The notes under the pieces were generated by a model, which saw only the letters and a program-made list of their open reading frames with translations, did not search any database and was not told the DNA's origin. This document shows positions 17,277-27,110 of a DNA stretch of 60,201 bases, piece after piece. This DNA comes from Stellaceae bacterium. GTDB lineage: Bacteria; Pseudomonadota; Alphaproteobacteria; ATCC43930; CGMCC-115725. Location: the NCBI GenBank assembly GCA_035263705.1, contig DATFRA010000285.1:1-60201 (forward strand), written 5' to 3'. A program made the position numbers and the translations under genes. The first letter of the stretch is position 1. Each line of letters opens with the position of its first letter.

Positions 17277-18134
17277 ATGGCCCCGACCGCGACTGAAACT
17301 GCCGAGCGCAGCGTGGTGCGCGTCGTCCGCGGCATGCCCGCAAGCGACGGCGCCGGCGTGCGCTTGACGCGCGTGATCGGCCAGCCCGGCCTTTCCGAAC
17401 TCGACCCGTTCCTGTTGCTCGACGAGTTCCGCTCCGACAACCCCGGCGACTACATCGCGGGCTTTCCGGAGCACCCGCACCGCGGATTCGAGACCGTGAC
17501 CTATCTGATCGCGGGCCGCGTGCGCCACGAGGACAACAAGGGCCACAAGGGCCTGCTCACGGCCGGCAGCGTGCAATGGATGACCGCCGGCCGCGGCATC
17601 GTCCATTCGGAGATGCCCGAGCAGGAGCACGGATTGCTGCAGGGCTTTCAGCTCTGGGTGAACCTGCCCCGCCGCGACAAGATGACGGAGCCGCGCTATC
17701 AGGAATACGAGCCGAGCGCTATCCCCGAGGCGACGCTCGAGAATGGCGCGCGAGCGCGCGTGATCGCCGGGCGCTTCGCGGGCCAGCAGGGCCCGATCGA
17801 TACCGCCGCAACCGAGCCGCTCTACCTCGACATGAGTTTGCCGGCGGAGAGCGAGGTGCAGGTGCCGATCCCCGCGAGCCACGCAACCTTCGTCTATGTC
17901 TTCGATGGCGGCGCCAGGGTCGGGGCGAGCGCCACGGCCGTGCCGAAGGGCACGCTGGCAATCCTCGGCGAGGGCAGGAGCGTTGCGCTGCGCGCCGACG
18001 CGAACGCGGGGCGGCTACTGCTCGTCGCGGGCAAGCCTCTCAGGGAGCCGGTCGCGCGTTATGGCCCCTTCGTCATGAGCACGGAGGCCGAGATCCACCA
18101 GGCCATCCGCGATTTTCAGGCGGGCCAGCTTTAG
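17277..18134 (+). CDS. Pirin family protein
   Basis: GFPEHPHRGFETVTY..G...H.D..G cupin metal-binding motif. ATG at 17277. Confidence 0.9.
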   Translation: MAPTATETAERSVVRVVRGMPASDGAGVRLTRVIGQPGLSELDPFLLLDEFRSDNPGDYIAGFPEHPHRGFETVTYLIAGRVRHEDNKGHKGLLTAGSVQWMTAGRGIVHSEMPEQEHGLLQGFQLWVNLPRRDKMTEPRYQEYEPSAIPEATLENGARARVIAGRFAGQQGPIDTAATEPLYLDMSLPAESEVQVPIPASHATFVYVFDGGARVGASATAVPKGTLAILGEGRSVALRADANAGRLLLVAGKPLREPVARYGPFVMSTEAEIHQAIRDFQAGQL

Positions 18135-18208
18135 GGCTTCCGGGCGGATCTCCACGCTGATTTCCAGGGCTCGGTGGGTTAATCTTCCATTGCCGTGCCG
18201 GTAGCCTC

Positions 18209-18544
18209 ATGATCCCGCCGCGAAAGCTGCTGCCTCTCCTCGCCCTGGTCGTGCTCGTGACAGCTTGCTCCGGCAAGCCACAATGGGTCAGGCCCGGGAC
18301 CAGCAATGACACCGTCAGCGACGACCTTGACGACTGCAAGGCCCTCGCCAACGCCGAAACCCGGCGGGATGCCGCCATCGACCAGGACATCCTCGCCACG
18401 AGGGGTGCCGATTGGGAGCGCAATAACACGCTCCAGGCGAAGAAAAACACCTTCGCCACGCAGGACCAGGGGCGTGCCCGCGACATCATCGCGAGCTGCA
18501 TGGGCGCGAAAGGCTACACGCCCGCCCGCCGTAGCGGAGGGTGA
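18209..18544 (+). CDS. Small lipoprotein, unknown function
   Basis: Signal peptide with lipobox LVTAC|SG. 111 aa, no recognisable domain. Confidence 0.6.
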   Translation: MIPPRKLLPLLALVVLVTACSGKPQWVRPGTSNDTVSDDLDDCKALANAETRRDAAIDQDILATRGADWERNNTLQAKKNTFATQDQGRARDIIASCMGAKGYTPARRSGG

Positions 18545-18618
18545 CAAGCCTGCACTACCCCTGATCGGCTTGCAGCGGATCGATGCGCGCGGTGAATCAG
18601 GCCCTAAGATTTTGAATT

Positions 18619-18945
18619 GGACCAATCATCGTCGGGGACCTGATGCTCTGCGAGGTCCTGCAAGGCCTGCGCAACGAGCGGGCGGGACGCAACGTGGAGG
18701 CGCCGCTACACCGGTTCCGGATCGAGCCCATGGCCGGAGACCGGATTGCGGTCCATGCGGCGCGCAACTTCCGCTTCTTGCGCGGGTGCGGCGTCACCGT
18801 CCGCAAGACGCTCGACTTGTTGATAGGCGCTTGGTGCATCGAGCATTGCCGGCCGCTGCTTCACAACGACAGCGATTTTCGACCGATGGCGCGCTATCTC
18901 GGGCTCATTGAAGTGCCCGCGGCGGTTCGGACCGCGCCATCGTGA
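18619..18945 (+). pseudogene. 5'-truncated PIN-domain (VapC-type) toxin remnant
   Basis: Translation (GPIIVGDL)MLCEVLQGLR...LDLLIGAWCIEH...LLHNDSDF matches the central and C-terminal parts of VapC PIN toxins. An in-frame stop at 18613-18615 removes the N-terminal catalytic Asp region. There is no room for a vapB upstream. Confidence 0.6.
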
Positions 18946-18967
18946 ACCGAGTTGCGGAATTCCAGAC

Positions 18968-19044
18968 TGGCGCGCCCGAGAGGATTCGAACCCCTAACCC
19001 CCAGATCCGTAGTCTGGTGCTCTATCCAGTTGAGCTACGGGCGC
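18968..19044 (-). tRNA. tRNA-Arg (anticodon ACG)
   Basis: The reverse complement folds as a cloverleaf: acceptor stem gcgcccg/cgggcgc, anticodon loop ct-ACG-ga, T-loop ggttcgaat, encoded CCA. Length 77 nt. Confidence 0.9.
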
Positions 19045-19292
19045 CCGCGAAGCCGCCTACGGGGCGAGCCGAACGAGGGGGCGAAGCTACTCGCAACCTT
19101 TTGCGATATCAAGTCGCGGCTGGCGGCCTGAATCCCGTCCGGGCGGTCCACGAAAGCGGCTTGTCGCTCCAAAGGGCATTGCGTAATATCCGGGAGATTC
19201 GTGAGGTGCGGGAATCACTTGCGTCGACTGCGCCGGGGGGCGCTGCCTATCGATCTCCGCGCCGCAGTAGGGGGGCACCCGTCGCAACCGCA

Positions 19293-20465
19293 ATGTCGCA
19301 GCTCCGCTCGTATCTCGTGATCGTCGCTGCAGCCGCATTGCTCAGCGGCTGCTCTTACATCGATAGCGTCTTTACCGGCGAGGACACCTCGGAGGAGGAT
19401 CAATATCCGCCAGCCGATTCGGAGCAGGCGCAGCAGATCCCGCCCTCAGGAGCCGAGCAGAACCCGCAACCGACTTACACACAGGCCCCCGCTCCTGCGC
19501 CGCAGGCGGTCGGCACCGGAAACTATGCGCCGCAAGCGGTGGTGCCAGGTGCGAGCACCGGGACCTACGTCGGGCAGAAGGTCGCGGCGCTGCGCAGTGA
19601 TCTGCAGCGGCTGCAGACCAACATCAACCAGCATAATCAGGAGTTGCAGCAAGCGCGCCAAGGCATGGGGTCGGATGCCGGCAGCTACTACAGCCTGGTC
19701 GCCTCGATCAATTCTCGGCTGCAGGCCGGGACGACGCCCGGCAACCCGCAGCTGGTGCAGCAGTGGACCCAGGCGCAGGCCTCGCTGGACCGGCTGGGCA
19801 GCGATATTACCCGTCTCAATATGATCTCGAATGCAGCGGCAAGCGATTCTGCGCTCGCAACCTATATCGTTGAATCCGTTCGCGCCGCCTATGGCCTGCA
19901 GGGAGCGGTCGACGAGGATCATCGTCAGCTCAACATCCTCGAGAACGACTGCAATCGCACGGTGATCTTGATCAACAAGCTGCTCCACGACATCGCCGAG
20001 GATATCGGGCGGCAGAACAACTACGTCAGCAACGAGCGGCGCAATCTCACGGTGCTGTCGCTCGCGATCAAGAACGGCGAGCTCTACGGCAGCAGCGCCA
20101 ACAATCGCGCCGTCGCGAGCGCGGCGCCGCAGCAGGTCGCCTCGGCGAGCACGGCGATCGCGGGCCGCCAGCCCCTGATGGTGATCCGCTTCGATCGGCC
20201 GAACGTCGCCTACGAGCAGGCGCTCTATAGCGCGGTGAGCCGTGCGCTCGACCGCCGGCCCGGCGCCATCTTCGACGTGGTCGCGGTGTCCCGGGCTGGC
20301 GCGAATGCCGGTCAGTCCGCGCTCAACACCAGCAACTCCAAGCGCAACGCCGAGAACGTCGTGCGGTCGCTCACCAACATGGGCCTGCCGCCCGACCGCA
20401 TCAGTCTCGCGGCGACGTCCAGCGCCTCGGCGCAGGGGAACGAGGTTCAGGTTTTCGTCCGCTGA
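19293..20465 (+). CDS. Lipoprotein with a Q/P-rich linker, coiled-coil region and OmpA-C-like tail, unknown function
   Basis: Lipobox LLSGC|SY after ATG 19293. The ORF opens at 18942, but that extension overlaps the tRNA. The C-terminal ...[22 protein letters not shown]... resembles the end of an OmpA-like domain. Confidence 0.65.
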   Translation: MSQLRSYLVIVAAAALLSGCSYIDSVFTGEDTSEEDQYPPADSEQAQQIPPSGAEQNPQPTYTQAPAPAPQAVGTGNYAPQAVVPGASTGTYVGQKVAALRSDLQRLQTNINQHNQELQQARQGMGSDAGSYYSLVASINSRLQAGTTPGNPQLVQQWTQAQASLDRLGSDITRLNMISNAAASDSALATYIVESVRAAYGLQGAVDEDHRQLNILENDCNRTVILINKLLHDIAEDIGRQNNYVSNERRNLTVLSLAIKNGELYGSSANNRAVASAAPQQVASASTAIAGRQPLMVIRFDRPNVAYEQALYSAVSRALDRRPGAIFDVVAVSRAGANAGQSALNTSNSKRNAENVVRSLTNMGLPPDRISLAATSSASAQGNEVQVFVR

Positions 20466-20478
20466 GCGAGGGCCGCGC

Positions 20479-20976
20479 ATGAGCGAGCCCAAGAGCGCGC
20501 TCAAGCATTTTCCGGTCACCTGGGACGATCTGCACCGGCACGCGCGCGCGCTCGCTTGGCGGCTGCTCGACCTCGGACCCTGGCGCGGCATCATCGCGAT
20601 CACCCGCGGCGGCTTGGTGCCGGCGGCGATCGTGGGGCGCGAGCTCGACGTGCGCCTCGTCGACACCATCTGCGTCGCGAGTTATGACGACGCCACGCTC
20701 GGTGTGCGCGGCAAGGTGGCGATACTCAAGGGCGTCGCGGGCGACGGCGAGGGTTACCTCATCATCGACGACCTCGTCGACACCGGGCACACCGCCCGCG
20801 TGGTGCGGGAGATGTTGCCGAAGGCGCATTTCGCCACGGTCTATGCCAAGCCCGCGGGCCGGCCGATGGTCGACACCTTCGTCACCGAGGTGAGCCAGGA
20901 CACCTGGATCCTGTTCCCCTGGGACATCGAGCATCAGTTCACGCCACCGCTCGCCGCGGCGAAGCGCAAGAGCTGA
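20479..20976 (+). CDS. gpt: Xanthine-guanine phosphoribosyltransferase
   Basis: FPVTWDDLH...[12 protein letters not shown]...[14 protein letters not shown] (PRPP-binding motif). About 165 aa. Confidence 0.9.
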   Translation: MSEPKSALKHFPVTWDDLHRHARALAWRLLDLGPWRGIIAITRGGLVPAAIVGRELDVRLVDTICVASYDDATLGVRGKVAILKGVAGDGEGYLIIDDLVDTGHTARVVREMLPKAHFATVYAKPAGRPMVDTFVTEVSQDTWILFPWDIEHQFTPPLAAAKRKS

Positions 20977-21011
20977 CCGGATGGCCGCCTCGCACCGGAC
21001 CGGCTAGGGCC

Positions 21012-22763
21012 ATGGTTGCGCGCCTCCGGTTGTGGGCCGTTGCGCTGGCGCTGCTGCGCCTGTGGCTGCTCCCGGTCGACCCGGCTACGGCACAGGAACC
21101 CTCGCCAAGCGACCGCAGCGTCGCCGATCGGCACCCCGTAATCGCTTCGCGCGACATGGTGGCGGCGGCCAATCCGTTGGCGGCGGAGGCGGGCCGCGCG
21201 ATGCTGCGCGAGGGCGGGAGCGCCATCGACGCCGCGATCGCGACCCAGATGGTGCTCACCCTGGTCGAGCCGCAGTCCTCGGGGATCGGCGGCGGCGCCT
21301 TCCTGCTCTACTGGTCCGCGCGCGACGCCCGCGTCGAGAGCTACGACGGCCGAGAGACAGCTCCCGCGGCGGCGCGCCCCGACCGCTTCCTCGGACCGGA
21401 CGGCACGCCCCTCGCATTCATGGATGCGGTGGTTGGCGGCCAATCCGTCGGCGTGCCCGGCACGCTGAGGATGCTGGCCCTCGCCCATCGCAAGCACGGG
21501 CGCTTACCTTGGGCACGGCTCTTCGAGCCCGCGATCCGGCTTGCCGAGGACGGCTTCCCGATCTCGCCGCGTCTCTACGGGTCGGTCAGCAAGGACAAGT
21601 ATCTCCCGCGCTTCGAGCCCGCTCGCGGCTATTTCTATGAATCCGACGGTAGCCCGAAGTCGGTCGGCACCGTGCTGCGCAATCCGGCCTTGGCGGCGAC
21701 GCTGAGAGCCGTCGCCGAGGGCGGCGCCGACGCGTTCTATGCGGGCGCGATCGCCGAGGACATCGTGCGAGCGGTGACCCACGCGCCGGCGCGGCCCGGC
21801 GACATGACGGCCGCCGATCTCGCAGGCTACGAAGCGAAAGAGCGATCGCCGGTTTGCGCCCACTATCGGCGATTCCGGATCTGCGGCATGGGCCCGCCGA
21901 GCTCCGGCGCCACGACGGTGCTCGAGATCCTGGGCCTGCTCGAACGCTTCGACCTCGCGCGGCTGAAACCCATGTCGGCGCAAGGCCTGCATCTCTTTGT
22001 GGAGGCGGCGCGCCTTGGCTACGCCGACCGCGACCGCTACCTCGCCGACAGCGACTTCGTGCCCGTGCCGCTCAAGGGCCTGCTCGATCGAGCCTACCTT
22101 GCCAACCGCGCACGCCTGATCGATCCCCGGCAGGACCACGGCCGCGCCGAGCCTGGAGCGCCGCCCAAGATGCATGCGAGGCTCTGGGGCGGTGGCGACA
22201 CCGTCGACCTCCCCTCTACCAGCCACCTCTCGATTGTGGATGCGGCGGGGGACGCCGCCGCCATGACGATGACGATCGAAAACGGCTTCGGCTCTCGCAT
22301 CCTGGTGGACGGATTCCTGCTCAACAATGAGCTCACGGATTTCTCGTTCCGGCCCGAGGTGGGCGGTCACCCGGTTGCAAATCGCGTCGAGCCCGGCAAG
22401 CGGCCGCGTAGTTCCATGGCGCCAACGCTGGTGTTCGGTCCCGACGGCAAGTTCCTGCTGGCCGTCGGCTCGGAAGGCGGCAGCGAGATCATCGTGCACG
22501 TCGCGCTCACGCTGATCGCCATGCTCGACTGGGGCTACGACATCCAAGCCGCGATCGATCTCGCGCACGTCAGCAACCTGAATGGCGATACCGAGATCGA
22601 GTCGGTGCCGGCCGCGGAAGCGCTTGCGGCCGCGCTCCGCGCGCGCGGTCATATCGTCACAGTCCGCGCGTTCGACAGCGGCCTGCATGGGATCATGCGC
22701 ACGCGGCGTGGCCTCGAGGGCGGCGCCGATCCGCGCCGCGAGGGCGTGGCGCTCGGCGACTGA
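21012..22763 (+). CDS. ggt: Gamma-glutamyltransferase
   Basis: 583 aa with a signal peptide. Conserved autoprocessing site TSHLSIVD and the GGGAF/GSEGGS motifs. Confidence 0.9.
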   Translation: MVARLRLWAVALALLRLWLLPVDPATAQEPSPSDRSVADRHPVIASRDMVAAANPLAAEAGRAMLREGGSAIDAAIATQMVLTLVEPQSSGIGGGAFLLYWSARDARVESYDGRETAPAAARPDRFLGPDGTPLAFMDAVVGGQSVGVPGTLRMLALAHRKHGRLPWARLFEPAIRLAEDGFPISPRLYGSVSKDKYLPRFEPARGYFYESDGSPKSVGTVLRNPALAATLRAVAEGGADAFYAGAIAEDIVRAVTHAPARPGDMTAADLAGYEAKERSPVCAHYRRFRICGMGPPSSGATTVLEILGLLERFDLARLKPMSAQGLHLFVEAARLGYADRDRYLADSDFVPVPLKGLLDRAYLANRARLIDPRQDHGRAEPGAPPKMHARLWGGGDTVDLPSTSHLSIVDAAGDAAAMTMTIENGFGSRILVDGFLLNNELTDFSFRPEVGGHPVANRVEPGKRPRSSMAPTLVFGPDGKFLLAVGSEGGSEIIVHVALTLIAMLDWGYDIQAAIDLAHVSNLNGDTEIESVPAAEALAAALRARGHIVTVRAFDSGLHGIMRTRRGLEGGADPRREGVALGD

Positions 22764-22904
22764 GCGGCTTACTCCGAAGCGGCGCGGGGCCAGAGTGGCG
22801 CCGTTTGGATGGACCCGCTCCAGCCTTATGCCGGTGGACGCTCAAGCGCCGCGCGGGCTTGTCGCGATTCCGCTTTCGCGGAATGCGCTCTAGACTGCGC
22901 CGCC

Positions 22905-24104
22905 ATGACCGACGATCCCGCCGAGCGCCCGACCGTCGCGTTGCTGCCGGGGCATCAAAAGCGCGCGCTGCACGGCCATCCCTGGATCTTCTCGAACGAG
23001 GTCCAGATGGACGCCGCCGCCAAGGCGTTGCCGCCCGGGAGCCTGGTGACCCTCAAGACCGGCGACGGGCGCGTGCTCGGCGTCGCGACCTTCAATCCGC
23101 ACACGCTGGTGGCAGCGCGCCTCCTCGACCGCGACGCGGGCCGGTGCATCGACCTGGGCTTCTTCGCGAAGCGCCTCAAGCGCGCGCTGGCGATCCGAGA
23201 GCGGCTCTATGAGGAGCCCTATTATCGCCTCGTCCACGCGGAGGCCGACGCGATCCCCGGGGCGGTGGTGGATCGGTTCGGCGACGTGGTGGTGGCCCAG
23301 CTCAACACCGCCGGGATGACCCGGCTGGAGCCGGAGCTCCTGGCCGCGCTCGAGGCCGTGGTGGCGCCGAAAGCGATCGTGCTCCGGAACGACAGTCCCG
23401 CGCGCGCCCTCGAAGGGCTCTCCGAGGAGGTTCGGGTGGCCGCGGGCACCCTCTCGGGCGCGATCGAGCTGCGCGAGAACGGCGCCCGCTTCGAGGTCGA
23501 TCCGCTCGGCGGCCAGAAGACCGGCTGGTTCTACGACCAGCGCGACAACCGCAAATTCATGGCGAAGCTCGCGAGCGGCGCGCGCGTCCTCGACCTCTAC
23601 TGCTTCGTCGGCGGCTTCGCGATCGAGGCGGCGGTGGCGGGCGCCGCCGATGTCACCGGCATCGACCGATCGGAGCCCGCGCTTGCGCTCGCGGCGAAGT
23701 CGGCGGCGCTCAACGGCGCCGGCGAGCGCTGCACGTTCCGACGCGGCGAGGTGTTCGCGGAGCTGCAGACCCTCGCGGGCGCCGGCGTGCGGTTCGATCT
23801 CGTGATCTCCGATCCGCCGGCTTTCGTCAAATCCAGGAAGGACCTGGGGCCCGGCCTGCGCGGCTATCGCAAGCTTGCGCGCCTCGCCGCCGGCGCGGTG
23901 GCGCCGCAGGGCTACCTCTTCCTCGCCTCATGCTCGCACAACGTGACGCCCGAGGAATTCTGGGAGGCGGCGCGGCGCGGCCTCGAGGACGCCGGGCGGA
24001 ACGCGCGGCTCCTGCGCAGCGCCGGGGCCGCGCCCGACCATCCCGTACATCCCAATCTCCCGGAGTCCGCCTATCTAAAGGCGCTGGTGCTGGCGCTGGA
24101 TTGA
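22905..24104 (+). CDS. Class I SAM-dependent rRNA (cytosine-C5) methyltransferase, RlmI-like
   Basis: PUA-like N-terminus (GHPWIFSNEV), Rossmann motif VLDLYCFVGGF, DPPAF catalytic motif. ATG at 22905. Confidence 0.85.
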   Translation: MTDDPAERPTVALLPGHQKRALHGHPWIFSNEVQMDAAAKALPPGSLVTLKTGDGRVLGVATFNPHTLVAARLLDRDAGRCIDLGFFAKRLKRALAIRERLYEEPYYRLVHAEADAIPGAVVDRFGDVVVAQLNTAGMTRLEPELLAALEAVVAPKAIVLRNDSPARALEGLSEEVRVAAGTLSGAIELRENGARFEVDPLGGQKTGWFYDQRDNRKFMAKLASGARVLDLYCFVGGFAIEAAVAGAADVTGIDRSEPALALAAKSAALNGAGERCTFRRGEVFAELQTLAGAGVRFDLVISDPPAFVKSRKDLGPGLRGYRKLARLAAGAVAPQGYLFLASCSHNVTPEEFWEAARRGLEDAGRNARLLRSAGAAPDHPVHPNLPESAYLKALVLALD

Positions 24105-24167
24105 GTGCGTTGCGCGTCCAGCTGGTCAATCACGAATACACGATGCTGGCCGTGCGGCCGCGAATTT

Positions 24168-25637
24168 TTACTTGCTGGGTGTACGTGCCGACGCCGGTCG
24201 GCTATCGCCGACCACCGTTCCGCGACGCATCTCCGCCGCCATCGCGCCCGCGCGTGGCAGACTCAACCGGAACACGGTGCCGTGCGCGGTGCTCTCGCTC
24301 AAGACGATGTCGCCGCCATGGGCGCGCATGACCTCGCGGGCGATCGCGAGTCCGAGCCCCGTGCCGCCCGGCCGCGCCGACCCCGCGAAGGGCAGAAACA
24401 GATTGGCAAGCGCCTTTGGCGGCAAGCCCGGCCCATCGTCGCTGACCTCGATCGCGATCTCGCCATTCTCCGCGGCGGCGGCGACGGTGATGCTGCGCAC
24501 GCCCGCCTCCATGGCGTTGCGCAGCAGGTTCATCAGCACGCGGTGCAGCTGCTCGCGGTCCGCCTCCACGGCGAGGTCGGGCGGCACACGGTCGAGCAGC
24601 AGCGGCCGATCGCCGCCCTTGAGCTCTAGGAGGTCGGCGAGCTCCTCCACCATGGAGGCCAGCAGGAAACGCTGCAGCCGCAGAGGCGGCGCGCCCTCGC
24701 GGGTGAAGTTGAGCGTGCCGCTGCAGAGTGCCACCGCTCGGTCGATCGCATTGAGCAGCCGCGGCACCGCGCGCTTCACCTCCGGCGCCTCGCTGCCGGC
24801 GAGGCTGTCGGACATGAGTCGCGCGGTCGAGAGGATGTTGCGGAGATCGTGGTTGATCTTGGTGACGGCGGTGCCGAGCGCCGCGAGCCGCGCGCTCTGG
24901 CGTAGCGCCTGGCGCACGGTCTCCTGCAGCTGCGCGAGCTCGCGCTCGGCGACGCCGATCTCGTCGTCGCGCGCGCTCGGCTCGATCACGCGCGAGGCAT
25001 CTTCGGGATTCTCGCGGAACGCCGTCATGCTCCGCGTCATCCCGCGCATGGGCGCGACCAGCAGCCAGCGCAGGCTCATGAACACCAGCGTCGCCGTGAT
25101 CAGGGAGATCACGATCGAGAGCCCGAGGATGCGGCCACCGAACTCCCACATCTCCTCGCGCATCGGCCCCTCGCCCAGCAGGAACTCGACCACCACGTTC
25201 TGCTCCTTGGGCGACCGGTCCAGCACGCGCAGGATGACGTCGCCGGAGCGGGCGAGCGTCGCCACGGCATCGATGATGAGCTGGAAGAATCCGACGTCCT
25301 GCAGGTCGTAGGTGAGATCGACCGTGGGCGGCATGTCGCTGGCGATCATCAGCTGTGACTGGTTGGGAAGGTGCAGCACGATGCCGCTCGCGCCCACGTG
25401 ATAGAGCAGCTGGTTCTGCAGGCTCGGGCTCACGCTGTTGTCGGGCGTCGCGTAGAGCGCCAGCGTCGCGATCCGCGCGGCCGCGATCCGGGTCTCCAGG
25501 TAGTTGTAGCGGAACCGCGCGAGCGACGGCAGGAACACCACCACCTCGCCGAGCATTACAAAGGTGATCGTGAGCAACAGCACGCGCGCCGACAGGCTGC
25601 GGGTCAGGCCAAAGAGGGCGGGGCGCTTGCTGCTCAT
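24168..25637 (-). CDS. Sensor histidine kinase (2 TM, HAMP, HisKA, HATPase_c)
   Basis: H-box INHDLRNIL, N-box LLRNAMEA, G-boxes DDGPGL / GTGLGL. No response regulator is adjacent. Confidence 0.9.
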   Translation of the reverse strand: MSSKRPALFGLTRSLSARVLLLTITFVMLGEVVVFLPSLARFRYNYLETRIAAARIATLALYATPDNSVSPSLQNQLLYHVGASGIVLHLPNQSQLMIASDMPPTVDLTYDLQDVGFFQLIIDAVATLARSGDVILRVLDRSPKEQNVVVEFLLGEGPMREEMWEFGGRILGLSIVISLITATLVFMSLRWLLVAPMRGMTRSMTAFRENPEDASRVIEPSARDDEIGVAERELAQLQETVRQALRQSARLAALGTAVTKINHDLRNILSTARLMSDSLAGSEAPEVKRAVPRLLNAIDRAVALCSGTLNFTREGAPPLRLQRFLLASMVEELADLLELKGGDRPLLLDRVPPDLAVEADREQLHRVLMNLLRNAMEAGVRSITVAAAAENGEIAIEVSDDGPGLPPKALANLFLPFAGSARPGGTGLGLAIAREVMRAHGGDIVLSESTAHGTVFRLSLPRAGAMAAEMRRGTVVGDSRPASARTPSK

Positions 25638-25676
25638 GGAAGAAGTCTAGCACGAGGCTGGCGGCGGGGCATGATC

Positions 25677-27110
25677 TCAGCCCAGTCGCATGAGCCACCG
25701 CACCAGCCGCTTCGTCCGCTCGCTGAACAGCTTCGGTGTGAAGAAGCTGCCGGCGGCGCGCTTGCCGACCTCGCCGAGCGTCGGATAGGGCGCGATCATC
25801 GTGGCGAGCGCGCCGACCTTGAGGCCGCGGCTGATCGCGAGCACCCAGGGATGGATGAGCTCGCCGGCCTCAGCACCGATGATCGAGGCGCCGAGCACGC
25901 GGCCGTTGCGGCGGGTCAGTACCTTGATGAGGCCGTGCGTCTCGCGCTCGGCCTGGGCGCGGTCGTTCTCGTGGAAGGGCCAGCGTAGGATCGTGAGGTC
26001 GCCGCCGTGGCGCTCGCGCGCCTCGGCCTCGGTCAAGCCGACATGCGCAAACTCCGGCTCGGTATAGGTGACCCACGGCAGCGTGCGATAGTCGACCTTG
26101 GCCGGCAGCCGGAACAGCGCGTTGCGGATCACGATCCCCGCATGATAGCCGGCGACGTGGGTGAATTGCGGCCCGCCCACGGCATCGCCGATCGCGTACA
26201 CTCGGCGGTTGCTGGTGCGCAGCCGCTGATCGATCACGAGAGCACCGCGTTCGTTGAGCGCGATGCCGGCCTTCTCGAGGTCGAGTCCCTTCAGGCTGGC
26301 GTGCCGCCCCGCGGCGACCAGCAGATGCGAGCCAGTGAGACGCTCCTCGCCACCCTCGGCAGCACTCGCTACCGCGATCCCGTCGCCGTCGGACTCGACG
26401 CGGCTGATACGAACGCCGGTACGCACCGTCACGCCGTCGCCGCGGAGCCGCTCGGTGAGCAGCGCCACCAGCTCCGGGTCGTCCTTTGGCATGATGCGCG
26501 GTAGCGCCTCGAGCACGGTAACCTCGGCGCCCAGCAGGCGATGCGCCTGCGCCATCTCGATGCCGATCGGGCCGCCCCCGATCACGATCAGGTGCCGTGG
26601 CAGCACGCGGTTCTCGAATATGGTCTCGTTGGTGAAGAACGGCACGGCGTCGAGGCCCGGGATCGGCGGCGTCGCCGGCGACGAGCCCGTCGCGATGACG
26701 ATGCGCCGCGCGCGCACCCGCACCCCCTCGGCCTCGACGGTGTCGGGCCCGGTGAAACGGGCGAAGGCGCGGATCACGCGCACCCCGAGCCCCTCGAACC
26801 GCGCCTGGGAGTCGTTGGGCTCGATCGCGGCGATGACGCCGTGGACATGCGCCATCACCGCCCCGAAATCGACACCGGGCGGCGGGCCCGTGAGGCCGAA
26901 GGCGGCGTTCTCGCGCGCGGAGCGCACGCGCTTCGCCGCCGCCAGCAGCGCCTTCGAAGGCACGCAGCCGTAGTTGAGGCAGTCGCCGCCCATCCGGCGG
27001 TGCTCGAACAGCACCGTCTTGGCGCCCAGCTGCGAGGCGCCCGCCGCCACCGAGAGGCCGCCGGAGCCCGCGCCGATCACGCAGACGTCGGCATCGATCT
27101 GCTCGGTCAC
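25677..27110 (-). CDS. Pyridine nucleotide-disulfide oxidoreductase (dihydrolipoyl dehydrogenase / mercuric reductase-like)
   Basis: GAGSGG FAD motif, redox-active CLNYGCVPSK, second Rossmann motif GGGPIGIE, C-terminal dimerisation domain. Confidence 0.85.
   Translation of the reverse strand: MTEQIDADVCVIGAGSGGLSVAAGASQLGAKTVLFEHRRMGGDCLNYGCVPSKALLAAAKRVRSARENAAFGLTGPPPGVDFGAVMAHVHGVIAAIEPNDSQARFEGLGVRVIRAFARFTGPDTVEAEGVRVRARRIVIATGSSPATPPIPGLDAVPFFTNETIFENRVLPRHLIVIGGGPIGIEMAQAHRLLGAEVTVLEALPRIMPKDDPELVALLTERLRGDGVTVRTGVRISRVESDGDGIAVASAAEGGEERLTGSHLLVAAGRHASLKGLDLEKAGIALNERGALVIDQRLRTSNRRVYAIGDAVGGPQFTHVAGYHAGIVIRNALFRLPAKVDYRTLPWVTYTEPEFAHVGLTEAEARERHGGDLTILRWPFHENDRAQAERETHGLIKVLTRRNGRVLGASIIGAEAGELIHPWVLAISRGLKVGALATMIAPYPTLGEVGKRAAGSFFTPKLFSERTKRLVRWLMRLG

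Noticed and set aside
18942-19292. N-terminal 117-aa extension of the lipoprotein ORF (18942..20465)
   Set aside because: It overlaps the tRNA-Arg gene on the opposite strand. The lipoprotein signal peptide and lipobox begin exactly at the internal ATG at 19293.
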